Shown here: positions 40,801 through 49,126 of the stretch, one piece after another
Layout of the letters: each line of letters opens with the position of its first letter
Position numbering within the stretch: position 1 is the stretch's first letter
Source of the DNA: a virus
Virus record (IMG/VR): IMGVR_UViG_3300013114_000098
Length of the DNA stretch: 64,000 bases
Direction: 5' to 3' (one strand)
Notes under the pieces: model-generated
Seen by the model: only the letters and a program-made list of their open reading frames with translations
Database searches by the model: none
Told to the model about the DNA's origin: nothing
Program-made: the position numbers and the translations under genes

Positions 40801-42226
40801 TGCTATAGTAACACTTAATACTCAATTGAAAAATATTAATCTAAATGATGAATTTGAACATACATGGGATAGAACATTTATAACTAATAACTTTCCTACA
40901 TTGTTATGGAATTGGGTAGACTATGAATTAAAATCATATACAGGAACACTTAATCATACAACAACAATTACAATATATTCAGATTTAGATACTATAGATA
41001 AAGATTATCATTCAGTAGCTAAATTAAATATATTTGATAACACTGATCAACTTGACAGAAGTGAGATATACGCATACAACGAATCAACTAGTAAGTGGGA
41101 GTTAGTATTTAAAAAGAATAATACAATTAAATTTGATGAGGCACTATTATCCGCAGTAGGTGGATGGGATAGAAATGTATGGGATTCTACACCGTGGGAT
41201 TTTGCAGACATTGCTGAATATTGGGAAACATTACTAGATGCATTAAACAACGATATATTTGTTCATTATAATAAACATCAAATGAATACTTTCTTCTTTA
41301 GTGTTATTCACTATGTATTAAGTTCAATGGAACAAACAACTTGGGTTAGAAAAACAACATATATTAGATTAGAATTTGCTGACGCAATTAATACAACTAC
41401 TAAAAAATATACAAAGAGTAAAATTAATAATGTAATAGGATACGTACAAGAAGTTAAACCTTTCCATACTAAGTCAAGTACAGTACTTACAAAACATACT
41501 AACTTAGATGAAGTTGGCCTTACAATAACAGAGGATCCAAAAACAAATATAACTATTAAGCCACAAGCATATGATGGTGTATTTGGTGGCAACACATATG
41601 CAGGTGCATCGGATTGGGGCACAACATATGATGATTACATTACAGGTGAAGGTACAAATATATACAGTGGCCCTGACTTTATAGCTCCTGAGTTATTCAA
41701 CTATACAGTTGATGGGCATAACAGAAATAGTTTAGTAGAAATTAGCCCACTTGAATTATTAAGAATTAACGTACAAACAAATGCTTCAGGTAGTACACAT
41801 GCAACTACTTCAAGAACATTTGCACACGTACAAGATAATAATGGATATGTAAATGCATATTCATTAACAGAAGCAAAAGAAACAACATTAACAGCCGCAC
41901 TAGATTTAGATGACACAACTATAAGTGTAGCAAGTACAACAGCATTTGATAGTGTTGGTATTGCTTATATAGGCGGCGAGCTAATAGAATACGTTGTAGC
42001 AGATGCTACAACATTAGGAATTACAAAACGTGAGATTGCTGGAACATTTAGTGTTATAGCAAGTATAGGAGACTCAATAATAAATGTAACTAACTCAAAA
42101 CTTACATTTGCTAATGATGATCCAAGTCATTATCAGTATAACACGTTAAGTGATACAATTTTAAACAGCCCAGGCTCAACACAGGCACAAGAGTTGCAAT
42201 CATTAGGCAAGGGTGTAGAATTATAA
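31832..42226 (+). CDS. Giant baseplate wedge/structural protein (gp7 position), 3464 aa
   Basis: Follows gp6; PPINIDKFVNY, YVQEVKPFHTK, FTGDG repeat and CBM5/12-like WxxxxSYKKGDQV segment. Confidence 0.7.
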   Translation: MAKKRSGQQTVNNVKSSNFLPTVFQTELNKSWLDSTLDQMVSKGPLENIDGYIGSRNGKVSLASDDYLETKETKSQLKPAVVSYNKQKELTNAITFDDIANSINTNFSTYNYNAAYASDRYSFNPPINIDKFVNYTNYRWVEELPVYESIWTGSAKNPITDIQTNGKSQLVDDNNTFTVENNMLIKFTGSGWNASVLNKTYIVAGSAGKHKLYEYIDENGVRVYNNTVKHSENNDGVWHNNVLFNAELNTNYNGYNAGTVESPEQLVTHYNNTNPRLPFFDGFNFPQLTSNPTQLISDMLVKFTGSWVHSGITNSTDIFSITINATTGDIAITAATAAQIISANETLSPDNNLMYDEGNAVTPQKDYIVITKDDPFQTAWSRANHWVNISTINKLVDLIPTYDFTEIKNIKRKAQRPIIEYNAGINLWNQAEHTGVQYLGAVHGLAQADAKPTTVGDKYLYIDNSDYKLYTVASGTDTSVDLTDNDTFSIKSTLHTSWVEADGYCIDGTITLAQQKTKINQYPLYKFYNMEGESLEGGCGKSFTGDKIFGYKVGTGTNDTELGFPLSFKDTPKGAEYEFENFILTNKYYTNHSNAEYSKATYSKDQIGYNLFKQNNVLKTIYTPAGNIAGAFENAQYKIEAIDAPLTIPYGYNNWRPTSTYLIHNIDNDVSITIAHDNGTTHTTRTGNAELYTVGENQTVVFENLTGLALTVVSYGVDIESTSIPEISFARSGQKITLVTSASSNNTHFDIVAGGTTVLQSFIVTQQWDNSFYKLTVNGNNIEPAKVTIGATTVTIDESAFAINDLVDFSWRNNDLANKTTNISLPDVHIHNANNTAIETFTMSETINHWTDKLNAMPGFDGNMLGDNNFASIPHTTHHGGTIFMHENISAMHDINYSNNNLTITGALVEQGKEFDAFRTRVGAQARRLYTLGTTTIQALTDSAITEILRNKQKSKLYNTSNMLYTDLINKHEFDLEDADPANFTKTFKTRFTFNGDTNIRDHVYVYLTENNGSNVQVRKLLLKDRDYTFLSDTVTLNVTYAALDTAKTAPKVEVYHIKMDEESYVPPSMVKLGLAYGVEPQVHGNILYTHDGKQIDVTGKDIENIGAGATFDPVNAVIFEMEKRIYAGLVKEDAMYNDESEGVDRFNSPVEYIPTEHVGTWFKLNDLNNYVEKHYYKWARLNKITSLNTANYYDAADPFTWNYSTITISGHFTGNTLPGHWKGAYTHLFGTCTPHITPWHMLGYAFKPTWWDANYSWTDATKRTALLNALSKGIISNPSSNTTQVIRNARHSWDFTTKCPVKADGTLEDPSTVLGMPANIDKEKEFVFGDWGPVEAQWRLSAFGQSMMLDAVLKLNPAKAWTDFFQPGVIGKHNAIIRNTNHYNKLLPATGDYKIPGKIYENSIESLTLNSNSSNTLEKTGYFNILDDSKSTIARARYRLTVPSASTGTAEVLSLIERGLDFTGQPIVSYVGSDSVLNPIDVAIKLKQVPFTANGIAQAQYNYIIRNSIDVSLEDLYKNLTTKLQAKLNGFTSKHLINVSAETSVVGDFELGIADFNVSMYEGSVTELVTASLLVITKTLTGYKVAGINNNTREFKFYEPNLVSPTDYTTQTIAGQTVRRYNKFVTTPSIVEYDAEFEKLQDMYNFIRGYWNWMETSGYTPAYDGDSSASDFVTWALRAEVNNGYILQIGREIKFKPTSGHVYEYNQLEYNSNDILLTDSTRIENSKLGIKRADGTTSIETKNKEFIGSVTSAVLDYEHIIIFENKTALGVNIFDDVKNNSQERLRLKGQRTQNWTGEKKAPGYLVFNDSIVQNFDSAVQSIDDMYRTDVDHFNESFSKAKDLTIGNVEGLLLDNLGINKNVLTNYHQGMIKEKGTKGAVEHIGKSDILHNSETKVSAYEQYMFRQSHLGNDDFDNALEIEIVSSDVNSSPQVITLDKTSTDSNVIVATSDKIVNDKSITFDTLSYEDSNSDILTGGEALATETKYRVLNSTKLSSVFDSTADYAIIPTWSPIVSYKKGDQVRFRGELWKCNTNFTGLDVVAPAIEVTTPLATDQQILTYGTVANIAGTTVTIEKTNLAYNDIVATGSSFTPFLESETLSIAGETITFNKQESIPTVIGPAVILGEAGPVSFTDVTGKSITINIRHGTNGDSNTVIDFDTTPANVVENFTGDGTTTQFTIAQTMSGATYMVDSITVNGVTQNVTTDYTQNLQIITFVNAPANSAAIVITLVHTPHQMSSTQIRDRINSYGIANLTASLETAGTIEVLQLSYQDTDVENELVLEAGSTNNDLGFITSPINQQIVKAQPQQGVLTPTNLTVEEVRDQINNTSVLPTNITATVASGNIVLTDTTGSTPLLISGTARTKLGLDASYPVSTYSANRSATYSEAVADIQAALTAASITDVSIVVIGNAIKITSTAASLTLGDTTFNSQTGLQTGTIYAAEGNIDNIWDSDHASYFDAITADPALYNILVADDSDFEITSSGAVQTKFWGWNVLQVTQRRQDVSGVLTTTPLYSLPSAAKNAASSNPTTCGICAGTSSKDGNDAEITTNLPHGLQVGDWVQLLNTDTTPNIDGIHKVTKVDANDNQIFYIDEYIEHCGNAVSIMPLVTTRFTNIDQRDGDGTVTYNNITGAESLARWNIPTDAYTFLSYVDAVRGTYVYKKGTTLATRINKTRPTNKDIDSVVIYNHKENKSKVQLEVWDPMRKIIPGIAQQNLDYINFSDNAIYTTSTDTNHLVDLDNAWGEEQIGTRWWDISKARYYDYDQGGSVNKTAAWGYLYPGAEIVVWEWIKSSVAPDDYADAVTNLTEMFGTIATGEAYSVYDNVAKETLYYYTTEKEYNRQTGSYNDVYYYWVKDKTTMSDTRTLSAYDVASMIENPTASGVSWFAVISENEIIIDNINYYIEDKNTVLQINKAGNKFNSHNEWMLIAKDSDLIPEYYINAMKRNFAGRDGSKTPLPYSTLHKFNRYGDDMTIGQTWFNNLSDARRNAIVTLNTQLKNINLNDEFEHTWDRTFITNNFPTLLWNWVDYELKSYTGTLNHTTTITIYSDLDTIDKDYHSVAKLNIFDNTDQLDRSEIYAYNESTSKWELVFKKNNTIKFDEALLSAVGGWDRNVWDSTPWDFADIAEYWETLLDALNNDIFVHYNKHQMNTFFFSVIHYVLSSMEQTTWVRKTTYIRLEFADAINTTTKKYTKSKINNVIGYVQEVKPFHTKSSTVLTKHTNLDEVGLTITEDPKTNITIKPQAYDGVFGGNTYAGASDWGTTYDDYITGEGTNIYSGPDFIAPELFNYTVDGHNRNSLVEISPLELLRINVQTNASGSTHATTSRTFAHVQDNNGYVNAYSLTEAKETTLTAALDLDDTTISVASTTAFDSVGIAYIGGELIEYVVADATTLGITKREIAGTFSVIASIGDSIINVTNSKLTFANDDPSHYQYNTLSDTILNSPGSTQAQELQSLGKGVEL

Positions 42227-42243
42227 TATTATTTAATGAATAG

Positions 42244-42251
42244 CATAAATA
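42244..42251 (+). promoter_or_regulatory. Late promoter CATAAATA
   Basis: Intergenic octamer before AGGA RBS. Confidence 0.7.
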
Positions 42252-42270
42252 GTGTATAAGGAATAGGAAT

Positions 42271-42885
42271 ATGAAAACATTAAACGAAAACTCAATAGTT
42301 AAAGTAGAAGGACACGTTGTAATCACAGATGTTGATACAGGTGAAGTTTTACTTGACAAATATAACGCGATTAATTTTCAGAACTTTGCATATGCTGTAG
42401 CGAAAGCTATGGCTAATCAAACAAATGTCTCTACTGGCAATGGATATTATATATCTAAACTAGCGTTTGGTTATGGAGGTACTGAGATTGACGTAAACGG
42501 AAATATGACATACAAAGATGCAAGAGTATCAGGTGAGTCAGTTGATGGATTGTATAACGCAAGTCCAGCAACAATAGGAGCTGACCCGGCAGTAAGTCCA
42601 TTACAAAAAGCAGTAACTACATTTACTGTTAACAATGCCGCTAATCAACCATACTCAGATTTAGAGTGTAAGGTTGTATTAGACTACAACGAGCCAGACG
42701 CAACAGGACCAGCTACAGACAATGCATCAGACTTTGACGATGCAGACAGTTTTGTATTTGACGAAATTGCATTAATGACTAATACAGATACTTACTTAAC
42801 ACATTTAATATTCCATCCTATTCAAAAAAGTAATAACAGAAAATTAGAGATATTATATACTCTAAGAATTAGAGCAGGAGTTTAA
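42271..42885 (+). CDS. Baseplate/tail structural protein
   Basis: GHVVITD...NAI, FVFDEIAL, THLIFHPIQKS..R...YTLRI motifs. Confidence 0.65.
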   Translation: MKTLNENSIVKVEGHVVITDVDTGEVLLDKYNAINFQNFAYAVAKAMANQTNVSTGNGYYISKLAFGYGGTEIDVNGNMTYKDARVSGESVDGLYNASPATIGADPAVSPLQKAVTTFTVNNAANQPYSDLECKVVLDYNEPDATGPATDNASDFDDADSFVFDEIALMTNTDTYLTHLIFHPIQKSNNRKLEILYTLRIRAGV

Positions 42886-42887
42886 TT

Positions 42888-43832
42888 ATGGCATCAGGAT
42901 ATACAATTAGCAAACACGGTGTTACAGGCACTAATAATGGCGGAAGTTTTAATATCGCTGATGATACTGTAAACGTAACAGATACTAGTTTAAGTTTAGT
43001 GGGCAAGTATCATGTTGGATATGGTGCAGACATTGCACAAAACTCGGTTAGCTTATTAGAAAATTTTGCAAGTGACACAGAACCATCTAATCCAATTGAA
43101 GGTCAACTATGGTGGCACCCAGCAGAAGAACAATTAAAGATAAGACATGACGGTGCATGGTTAGGAATAGATTCAGATTCAAAAGTAGCTACAGTAAAAG
43201 ATACTCTGAACGTAAACCATACTGTAGTATTAACTAAAGTAAATGGTGTTTATGTTTCTTTAACAAGTTCAGATAATGCAGATTGGATTATTAATGTATC
43301 TGAAACAACAATTGAACCTTACTTTAGAAATAACGGTTTAGTAGGTACAGCGGATAACGCAACTATTAAACCAGGTATTAATTTAAGTACAGATAGTACA
43401 AGAGGAATGAAGTTTCATGGAACAGCAACCACTGCACAATATGCTGACGTTGCAGAGCTTTATACATCTGATATAGAATATGCTCCAGGTACTGTCCTAA
43501 CAAACAACACAGATGATTCACAAGAAGTTACCCAAACAACACATTCATTAGACAATAATGTTATTGGCGTAGTAACTACAGACCCAGCATTATTAATGAA
43601 TAGTGTATTGCCAGGAACTACGGTTGGGGTAGCATTACTTGGCAGAACACCATGTAAGGTTACCGGCGAAGTTACTAAGGGTGATAGAATTATCAGTAGT
43701 GACGTTCCAGGACACGGTCAATCAGTAAACGCTGTTGAAGAATTTTCATATCAACATGTTGTTGGCAGAGCGATTGAATCAAAAACAACTCCAGGCGAAG
43801 GTATAATAGAAGTAGTAATCGGAGTAAAGTAA
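42888..43832 (+). CDS. Tail fibre protein with C-terminal intramolecular-chaperone-like (peptidase G2-type) domain
   Basis: LLENFAS..PSNPIEGQLWW N-terminus; YADVAELY...VIGVV...VALLGRTPCKV...GRAIE C-terminus. Confidence 0.75.
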   Translation: MASGYTISKHGVTGTNNGGSFNIADDTVNVTDTSLSLVGKYHVGYGADIAQNSVSLLENFASDTEPSNPIEGQLWWHPAEEQLKIRHDGAWLGIDSDSKVATVKDTLNVNHTVVLTKVNGVYVSLTSSDNADWIINVSETTIEPYFRNNGLVGTADNATIKPGINLSTDSTRGMKFHGTATTAQYADVAELYTSDIEYAPGTVLTNNTDDSQEVTQTTHSLDNNVIGVVTTDPALLMNSVLPGTTVGVALLGRTPCKVTGEVTKGDRIISSDVPGHGQSVNAVEEFSYQHVVGRAIESKTTPGEGIIEVVIGVK

Positions 43833-45059
43833 ATGCTAACAAAGCCTTTACCAGTTGTCACAGGCGAACTAATTGAAGCCGAGCACTTAAATGATCTTGT
43901 TGCTTACTACAATGAGATTTGGAATACCCCTTCAACGGGCCCATTTGCATTTAATACTCATAACGATGCCACAGGTAACAATCTTGATAGAAGATTTGGC
44001 TGGGGGCAATCATTAGCAACAATTGTTCCAACTCCAATAGCATCTACTTCAGCAAATAGTTATAATGGAACAAAAGTAACTCTTAGTGATATTAATCAAA
44101 TTACTGCTCAAATAAACGCAGGTGGATATCATAAAGAAGACGATCCAAGTCTTGCAGGGTTAATAGTACTTACTAGTTTTTCAGTAGGTGACAAAATTCC
44201 AACTACATTATATAATAGTGTATGCACTCACGCAGAAAATTTAACAACAAACAAATACAAAGTAGACTGGATTAATTTAAGTTTAGCAGAAGTCACATCA
44301 ACAAACACAGCATCTTGGACAGAGGATCTAGAAGTAGTTCATAAATTTGCATTTACAGATTATAACGAAGCAAGATACTTTTTTAATAGTGGTGGTGAAC
44401 TTACTTTTGAATTAACAATGGCATCGGGTGGAACAGCCGCCAATCAAATATGGCAAGATATATTTAATCAATTTGACAGCATTAGAATTGGTGCTGAAAC
44501 TTGTAGAGTTGTTACTGATGATGACGCAGGTGAAACACAATGGGATGTTATAGGTACAAGTAGTATTAATAAAGGATTTTATACTGGAATAATATATTCA
44601 GCCACACCAGCATTCAATACTATACTAGATGCAGGTGTTTTTAGTTATCTTGATAGTCCAACTAACGAAAATGCCTATGTTTACATATACAGTGAGTATA
44701 ACAGCAGAAGAATTAGAATACAATTAAAAGCAGATGAAGTAGGTGGAACTTTTAATGTATATGTTAAGGTTATACTAATTGAAGATGCTGATGATACGTT
44801 TGCTATTACACAAGCCATAACATTAGAATCTGGATATGTGCAACCAAGTACTACTCCATTAACAGCAGATACTAATAAATCATTTATGACTGTAGGCAGT
44901 ACAATGTATCAATTCTTAGAAAGAAATGCTCCTACTGTTACAGAAGAACAACCATGGACACCTGTAGATGCACCAGATGGTGAACAATTAAATTGGGCAT
45001 CAACTGACCCGGGTACTATATGGCAAAATACCGGCGGATCAAAATTCACTAAGATTTAA
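43833..45059 (+). CDS. Virion structural protein
   Basis: GWGQ and ARYFFNSGG motifs; last gene of tail operon. Confidence 0.6.
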   Translation: MLTKPLPVVTGELIEAEHLNDLVAYYNEIWNTPSTGPFAFNTHNDATGNNLDRRFGWGQSLATIVPTPIASTSANSYNGTKVTLSDINQITAQINAGGYHKEDDPSLAGLIVLTSFSVGDKIPTTLYNSVCTHAENLTTNKYKVDWINLSLAEVTSTNTASWTEDLEVVHKFAFTDYNEARYFFNSGGELTFELTMASGGTAANQIWQDIFNQFDSIRIGAETCRVVTDDDAGETQWDVIGTSSINKGFYTGIIYSATPAFNTILDAGVFSYLDSPTNENAYVYIYSEYNSRRIRIQLKADEVGGTFNVYVKVILIEDADDTFAITQAITLESGYVQPSTTPLTADTNKSFMTVGSTMYQFLERNAPTVTEEQPWTPVDAPDGEQLNWASTDPGTIWQNTGGSKFTKI

Positions 45060-45068
45060 CAAACCCCA

Positions 45069-45097
45069 TTGACAAACAAGACTAAATAGTGTATTAT
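45069..45097 (+). promoter_or_regulatory. sigma70 promoter with nested late promoter
   Basis: TTGACA-17 bp-TATTAT; ACTAAATA at 45081-45088 in the spacer. Confidence 0.7.
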
Positions 45098-45123
45098 ATA
45101 CATATATAATAAAGGAGTATTCT

Positions 45124-45471
45124 ATGGACGAAAGACTCGAGAAGGCACTAGAGTTTAGTAATTATGCTTTAACCATTAATAATCAAAAAAGAAATATTAG
45201 AAATAGAGTTGCACAATTACAAATTGTACATCACTTAGGTGGTGTGTTTATTGCTAATCACGAAACAATTGCTTTTGTAAAGGCATTAATTGACTTAAAA
45301 CATAAGAATTCTGTTGTTATTGATAGTAAAAACAATCCTATTACAGTAAAAAGTTTAAAGGATTTACTAGAAAAACTTGTAGATGCATACACAAGTGCTA
45401 CTACTGAATTTGATATTGAGAACGAAAAACTTAAGAAAGCACGAAACATTAAGAAAATAATGGATTGGTAA
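45124..45471 (+). CDS. Hypothetical protein
   Basis: 115 aa, AAGGAG RBS. Confidence 0.7.
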   Translation: MDERLEKALEFSNYALTINNQKRNIRNRVAQLQIVHHLGGVFIANHETIAFVKALIDLKHKNSVVIDSKNNPITVKSLKDLLEKLVDAYTSATTEFDIENEKLKKARNIKKIMDW

Positions 45472-46370
45472 TGGGAGAAATTCTTGCACCAAAGGGCATA
45501 TGCTTCTTTGCCTATAACAATGATCAACTAGACTATGTAAAAATGGCACTTACCGCTGGTAAGTATGCTAAGAAAAATTTACATTTGCCTGTATGTTTAA
45601 TTACAGATGATGGTTCTGAAAGTTGGCTAACCGAAAGTCAACCCAAAAAACTTATTAAAGAAGTGTTTGATTACATTGTGATTACTAATGATAAGTTGAA
45701 AGAAAATCGCAGACGTCACTTTGATAGCCCGTGGTCGGAATTCGCTGCACAATTTAATAACAGTAACAAACATAAAATATATCAATACAGTCCATTTGAA
45801 CAAACATTATTATTAGACATTGATTATATTGTAAAGACAGATGCATTATTAAAATACTTTGACAGCACCCATCCAGTATGTATGTTTGATAATGCATTAA
45901 CTATTAGAAACGAACTACCACTGTTACCTGAACGTTTCTTATATGATGCAGGAATTAAAATGTGGTGGAGTACTGTTGTTTATTTTGATCGTAGTGATTG
46001 GAGTAAATTATTTTTTGATACGTGGGCACACGTAGCTGATAACTATGAATTCTATCAGTACTTGTATAACTTTCCAAGTAAGTTATTCCGTACAGACTAT
46101 TGTGTAAGCATAGCAGTGCATATACTTGGCGGTATGCAAGAAACTCAAGTATCTCTAGGTAACTTTGATGATACTCCTATAGTGAACATGAGTCAGAAAG
46201 ATGATATTATAGAAGCAAATGATATTAATGAATGGATAATGATTGCACATGATCAAAAAGAAGAATGGAAAAACATTTTAGTTAAAGTAGGTAAACAAGA
46301 TATACATGTTATGAACAAGAGAGCATTTGAAAGAGTAATTCCAAAGTTAATGGAGACATTAAATGGATAA
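45471..46370 (+). CDS. GT-A fold glycosyltransferase-like protein (GT8-like)
   Basis: SPFEQTLLLDIDY (DxD), WWSTVVYF, FRTDY. Confidence 0.7.
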   Translation: MGEILAPKGICFFAYNNDQLDYVKMALTAGKYAKKNLHLPVCLITDDGSESWLTESQPKKLIKEVFDYIVITNDKLKENRRRHFDSPWSEFAAQFNNSNKHKIYQYSPFEQTLLLDIDYIVKTDALLKYFDSTHPVCMFDNALTIRNELPLLPERFLYDAGIKMWWSTVVYFDRSDWSKLFFDTWAHVADNYEFYQYLYNFPSKLFRTDYCVSIAVHILGGMQETQVSLGNFDDTPIVNMSQKDDIIEANDINEWIMIAHDQKEEWKNILVKVGKQDIHVMNKRAFERVIPKLMETLNG

Positions 46371-47214
46371 GGAAGATAGAGGCTATGTAATATTGGCTAT
46401 GCAAGACTTTGAATATGAACAAGCCACTGCTCTTGCATATAGTATTAAGATACATAACAAAGATGCTAGTGTTACATTAGTAACTAACTATGTTGATCGT
46501 GTACCACATCATTACGAAGAAGCATTTGATTATTTGGTCGACTTGCCGTACCCTAGCAACGATATTACTAGAGTAAATGATTGGCAATTATATTGGGCTA
46601 CTCCATATGTACATAACATTGTAATTGATTGTGCAAGTCTTGTAAAAGAGAATCATGATAGTATTTGGGAATACTTGGAAGACCATTATGATATTTACTT
46701 TTTTAATCAATCATTTAATTTTAGAGGAACACAATTAGAAAACAAAACATTTAAATTACTTGAAGAAGAATATAAACTTAGTACAGTATACTCACATATG
46801 TTTTACTTTAAACACGATACGGATTTAGCACTTGCATTTTTTAAACTAGCTGACGTGTATATGCAGAACTGGAGAGAAATTTTTGCACATTATATAGGAG
46901 AAGCACACCGCCCAAGTACATATGTTAATGACATAATGTATAGTTTATTAAACACAATAATATTATTTGAACAGCCGGCATTGCATAACAACATTATAAA
47001 CACAATTAACATGCCAGCTACATTAATGGCAGGCGACATTGGGCAATGGGACAAATGGACTGATAGACTAAATGTTTGGAACAGCTATGGAGCAAAAGTA
47101 AAAATTCAAAACTTTGCAGTCGCTACCAATTTATATTATGGAGAACAAGAGTTCATGACGGAAGATATTTTTAATGGCCACCGAGACACTTATAGAGCAA
47201 CAGCAAAACGTTAA
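46363..47214 (+). CDS. Glycosyltransferase-like paralogue
   Basis: RGYVILA...ALAYSIK, TPYVHNIVIDCA (degenerate DxD). Confidence 0.6.
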   Translation: MDKEDRGYVILAMQDFEYEQATALAYSIKIHNKDASVTLVTNYVDRVPHHYEEAFDYLVDLPYPSNDITRVNDWQLYWATPYVHNIVIDCASLVKENHDSIWEYLEDHYDIYFFNQSFNFRGTQLENKTFKLLEEEYKLSTVYSHMFYFKHDTDLALAFFKLADVYMQNWREIFAHYIGEAHRPSTYVNDIMYSLLNTIILFEQPALHNNIINTINMPATLMAGDIGQWDKWTDRLNVWNSYGAKVKIQNFAVATNLYYGEQEFMTEDIFNGHRDTYRATAKR

Positions 47215-48154
47215 ACGTTCTTACTTTATAGTATTTGATGAGAGCGGAAAGATACGTAAGATCAATAGCACCCCAATAACAAAGTTAAATGATAAAACAT
47301 TAACTCAAATTGAAAGTACTAATCCAGTCTGTAAAAAACTTATTAAGGGCGAGGTTGGTTTAAAGAAGTATGGAATTATATGGGACATACTTAATGAGAA
47401 ATGGGATATTGATCTTCGTCGTACTAAATTAGTGCTAGAGTTAAAGCATAATAAACTATTACCATTTGTATATGGAACTGATATAACAACTACAGAAATG
47501 TTTGTTAATATATTTTATAATGATAATGTTGCTGTAGTACAAGTCAATAAAGATAAAATTAAACGTATTAAAAATTTAAGTGATATAACAGAAATATCAA
47601 CACACGAAACAGAGTTACTAGATATATACATTACAAGAAAGAATGATCCAGATTATTTAATTACTGTACTTAAATTAGATCCATTAACTCTTTTTAGAAC
47701 TGGGTTGCAAAAGATAGAACTTGGTATTACTGAACACGTAGACTGGCAAAATATTAGTATGTATACAAAGCCAGTGTTTAGTAATTATGGTTGGAATTTA
47801 TCAGACTCTATGGCAGACGTTCCTATAATAACAAACACAGTTTTACAGAAATCAAATAACAAAGATAAAAATAACATAAATATTAACGTAGTAGATAATA
47901 CTTTATATCTTAATAGTAAGTTAACTAAAGCACAAGAATATTATTTTGATGGACAGGCTGTACTACGTGTTGTTGTATGCGACCATACTCCAGATAACTT
48001 AGTAGGTGCGTTTGAGGTACCTGTTAAACTTTTATTAGATAATGAAGTAAGCACGACAACAATAAACTTTAAATGGCCTAAACAGCCATTGCTGTTATAT
48101 AAAAATAATTATTTAACAGTTAGCACAGGAGATACACATGAGCAAAATGACTAG
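47174..48154 (+). CDS. Hypothetical protein
   Basis: 326 aa, overlapping both neighbours. Confidence 0.6.
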   Translation: MATETLIEQQQNVKRSYFIVFDESGKIRKINSTPITKLNDKTLTQIESTNPVCKKLIKGEVGLKKYGIIWDILNEKWDIDLRRTKLVLELKHNKLLPFVYGTDITTTEMFVNIFYNDNVAVVQVNKDKIKRIKNLSDITEISTHETELLDIYITRKNDPDYLITVLKLDPLTLFRTGLQKIELGITEHVDWQNISMYTKPVFSNYGWNLSDSMADVPIITNTVLQKSNNKDKNNININVVDNTLYLNSKLTKAQEYYFDGQAVLRVVVCDHTPDNLVGAFEVPVKLLLDNEVSTTTINFKWPKQPLLLYKNNYLTVSTGDTHEQND

Positions 48155-49124
48155 CATTAATGAGTTTGATATTGTATTCATTAGCTATGACGAACCAAAT
48201 GCAGACGAAAACTATAATGATTTAATTAACAAAGCACCGTGGGCTAAACGTAGTCATGGAGTATTTGGAAGTGATGCGGCACACAAGGCCGCGGCAGACT
48301 TAGCAGAAACAGATAGATTTATTGGAATTGATGCTGACAATATTGTACATGATGATTTCTTTGGTGTTGAAGTTGATATGAAAAAAGTTAGAGATACTGA
48401 CGTTATTAGTTGGGCTGGAAAAAATATAGTTAATGGATTAGTATATGGCAACGGTGGGATTAAGTGTTGGCCTAAAGAAGTTGTGTATGGAATGCAAACA
48501 CATGAGAACGCACCTAAGGGTGACAAGAGAGCACAAGTAGACTTTTGTTGGAATATTAATTACGTGCAAATGAATAATATTTACTGTGATGTAATGAACA
48601 ATGCTAGTCCACTACAAGCGTGGCGAGCAGGTTTCCGTGAAGGTGTTAAGATGGGATTAGTTAATGGTGATGTTATTGATCCTTTACAACTTAGAGAAAA
48701 GGTACACGACAAGAATTATAAACGATTGCTTACATGGATGAGTGTTGGTGATGATTGCGAAAACGGACTGTGGGCTATTTACGGTGCAAGGTTAGGATGT
48801 CATATGACAAACATTACTAGAGAAGATTGGGATTGGAAAAACGTTAGAGACTTTGATTGGCTAACTAAATTCTATCACAGTGATGTGTTACCAAACTTTG
48901 AAGAGAGTAGTGATCAACTTTGTCCACGTACTGGAATGAAATGGAATTATAAAACATTACAAGATGAAAGTAATAGACTTGGTTATGAGCTACGTTCTAA
49001 ATTAGATCTTGAAATTGCTGACTTAGGTAAAGAAGGCTCACGCTTCTTTAAGAAAGTATATATAAACCCTAGCAGAATGGGTGCTCAGATTAGAGAAGAC
49101 CAAGTAGAAGATACATTGGAGTAA
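48138..49124 (+). CDS. Glycosyltransferase-like protein (GT-A)
   Basis: FISYDEPNA, IDADN (DxD), AWRAGFREGVK. Confidence 0.7.
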   Translation: MSKMTSINEFDIVFISYDEPNADENYNDLINKAPWAKRSHGVFGSDAAHKAAADLAETDRFIGIDADNIVHDDFFGVEVDMKKVRDTDVISWAGKNIVNGLVYGNGGIKCWPKEVVYGMQTHENAPKGDKRAQVDFCWNINYVQMNNIYCDVMNNASPLQAWRAGFREGVKMGLVNGDVIDPLQLREKVHDKNYKRLLTWMSVGDDCENGLWAIYGARLGCHMTNITREDWDWKNVRDFDWLTKFYHSDVLPNFEESSDQLCPRTGMKWNYKTLQDESNRLGYELRSKLDLEIADLGKEGSRFFKKVYINPSRMGAQIREDQVEDTLE

Positions 49125-49126
49125 TT

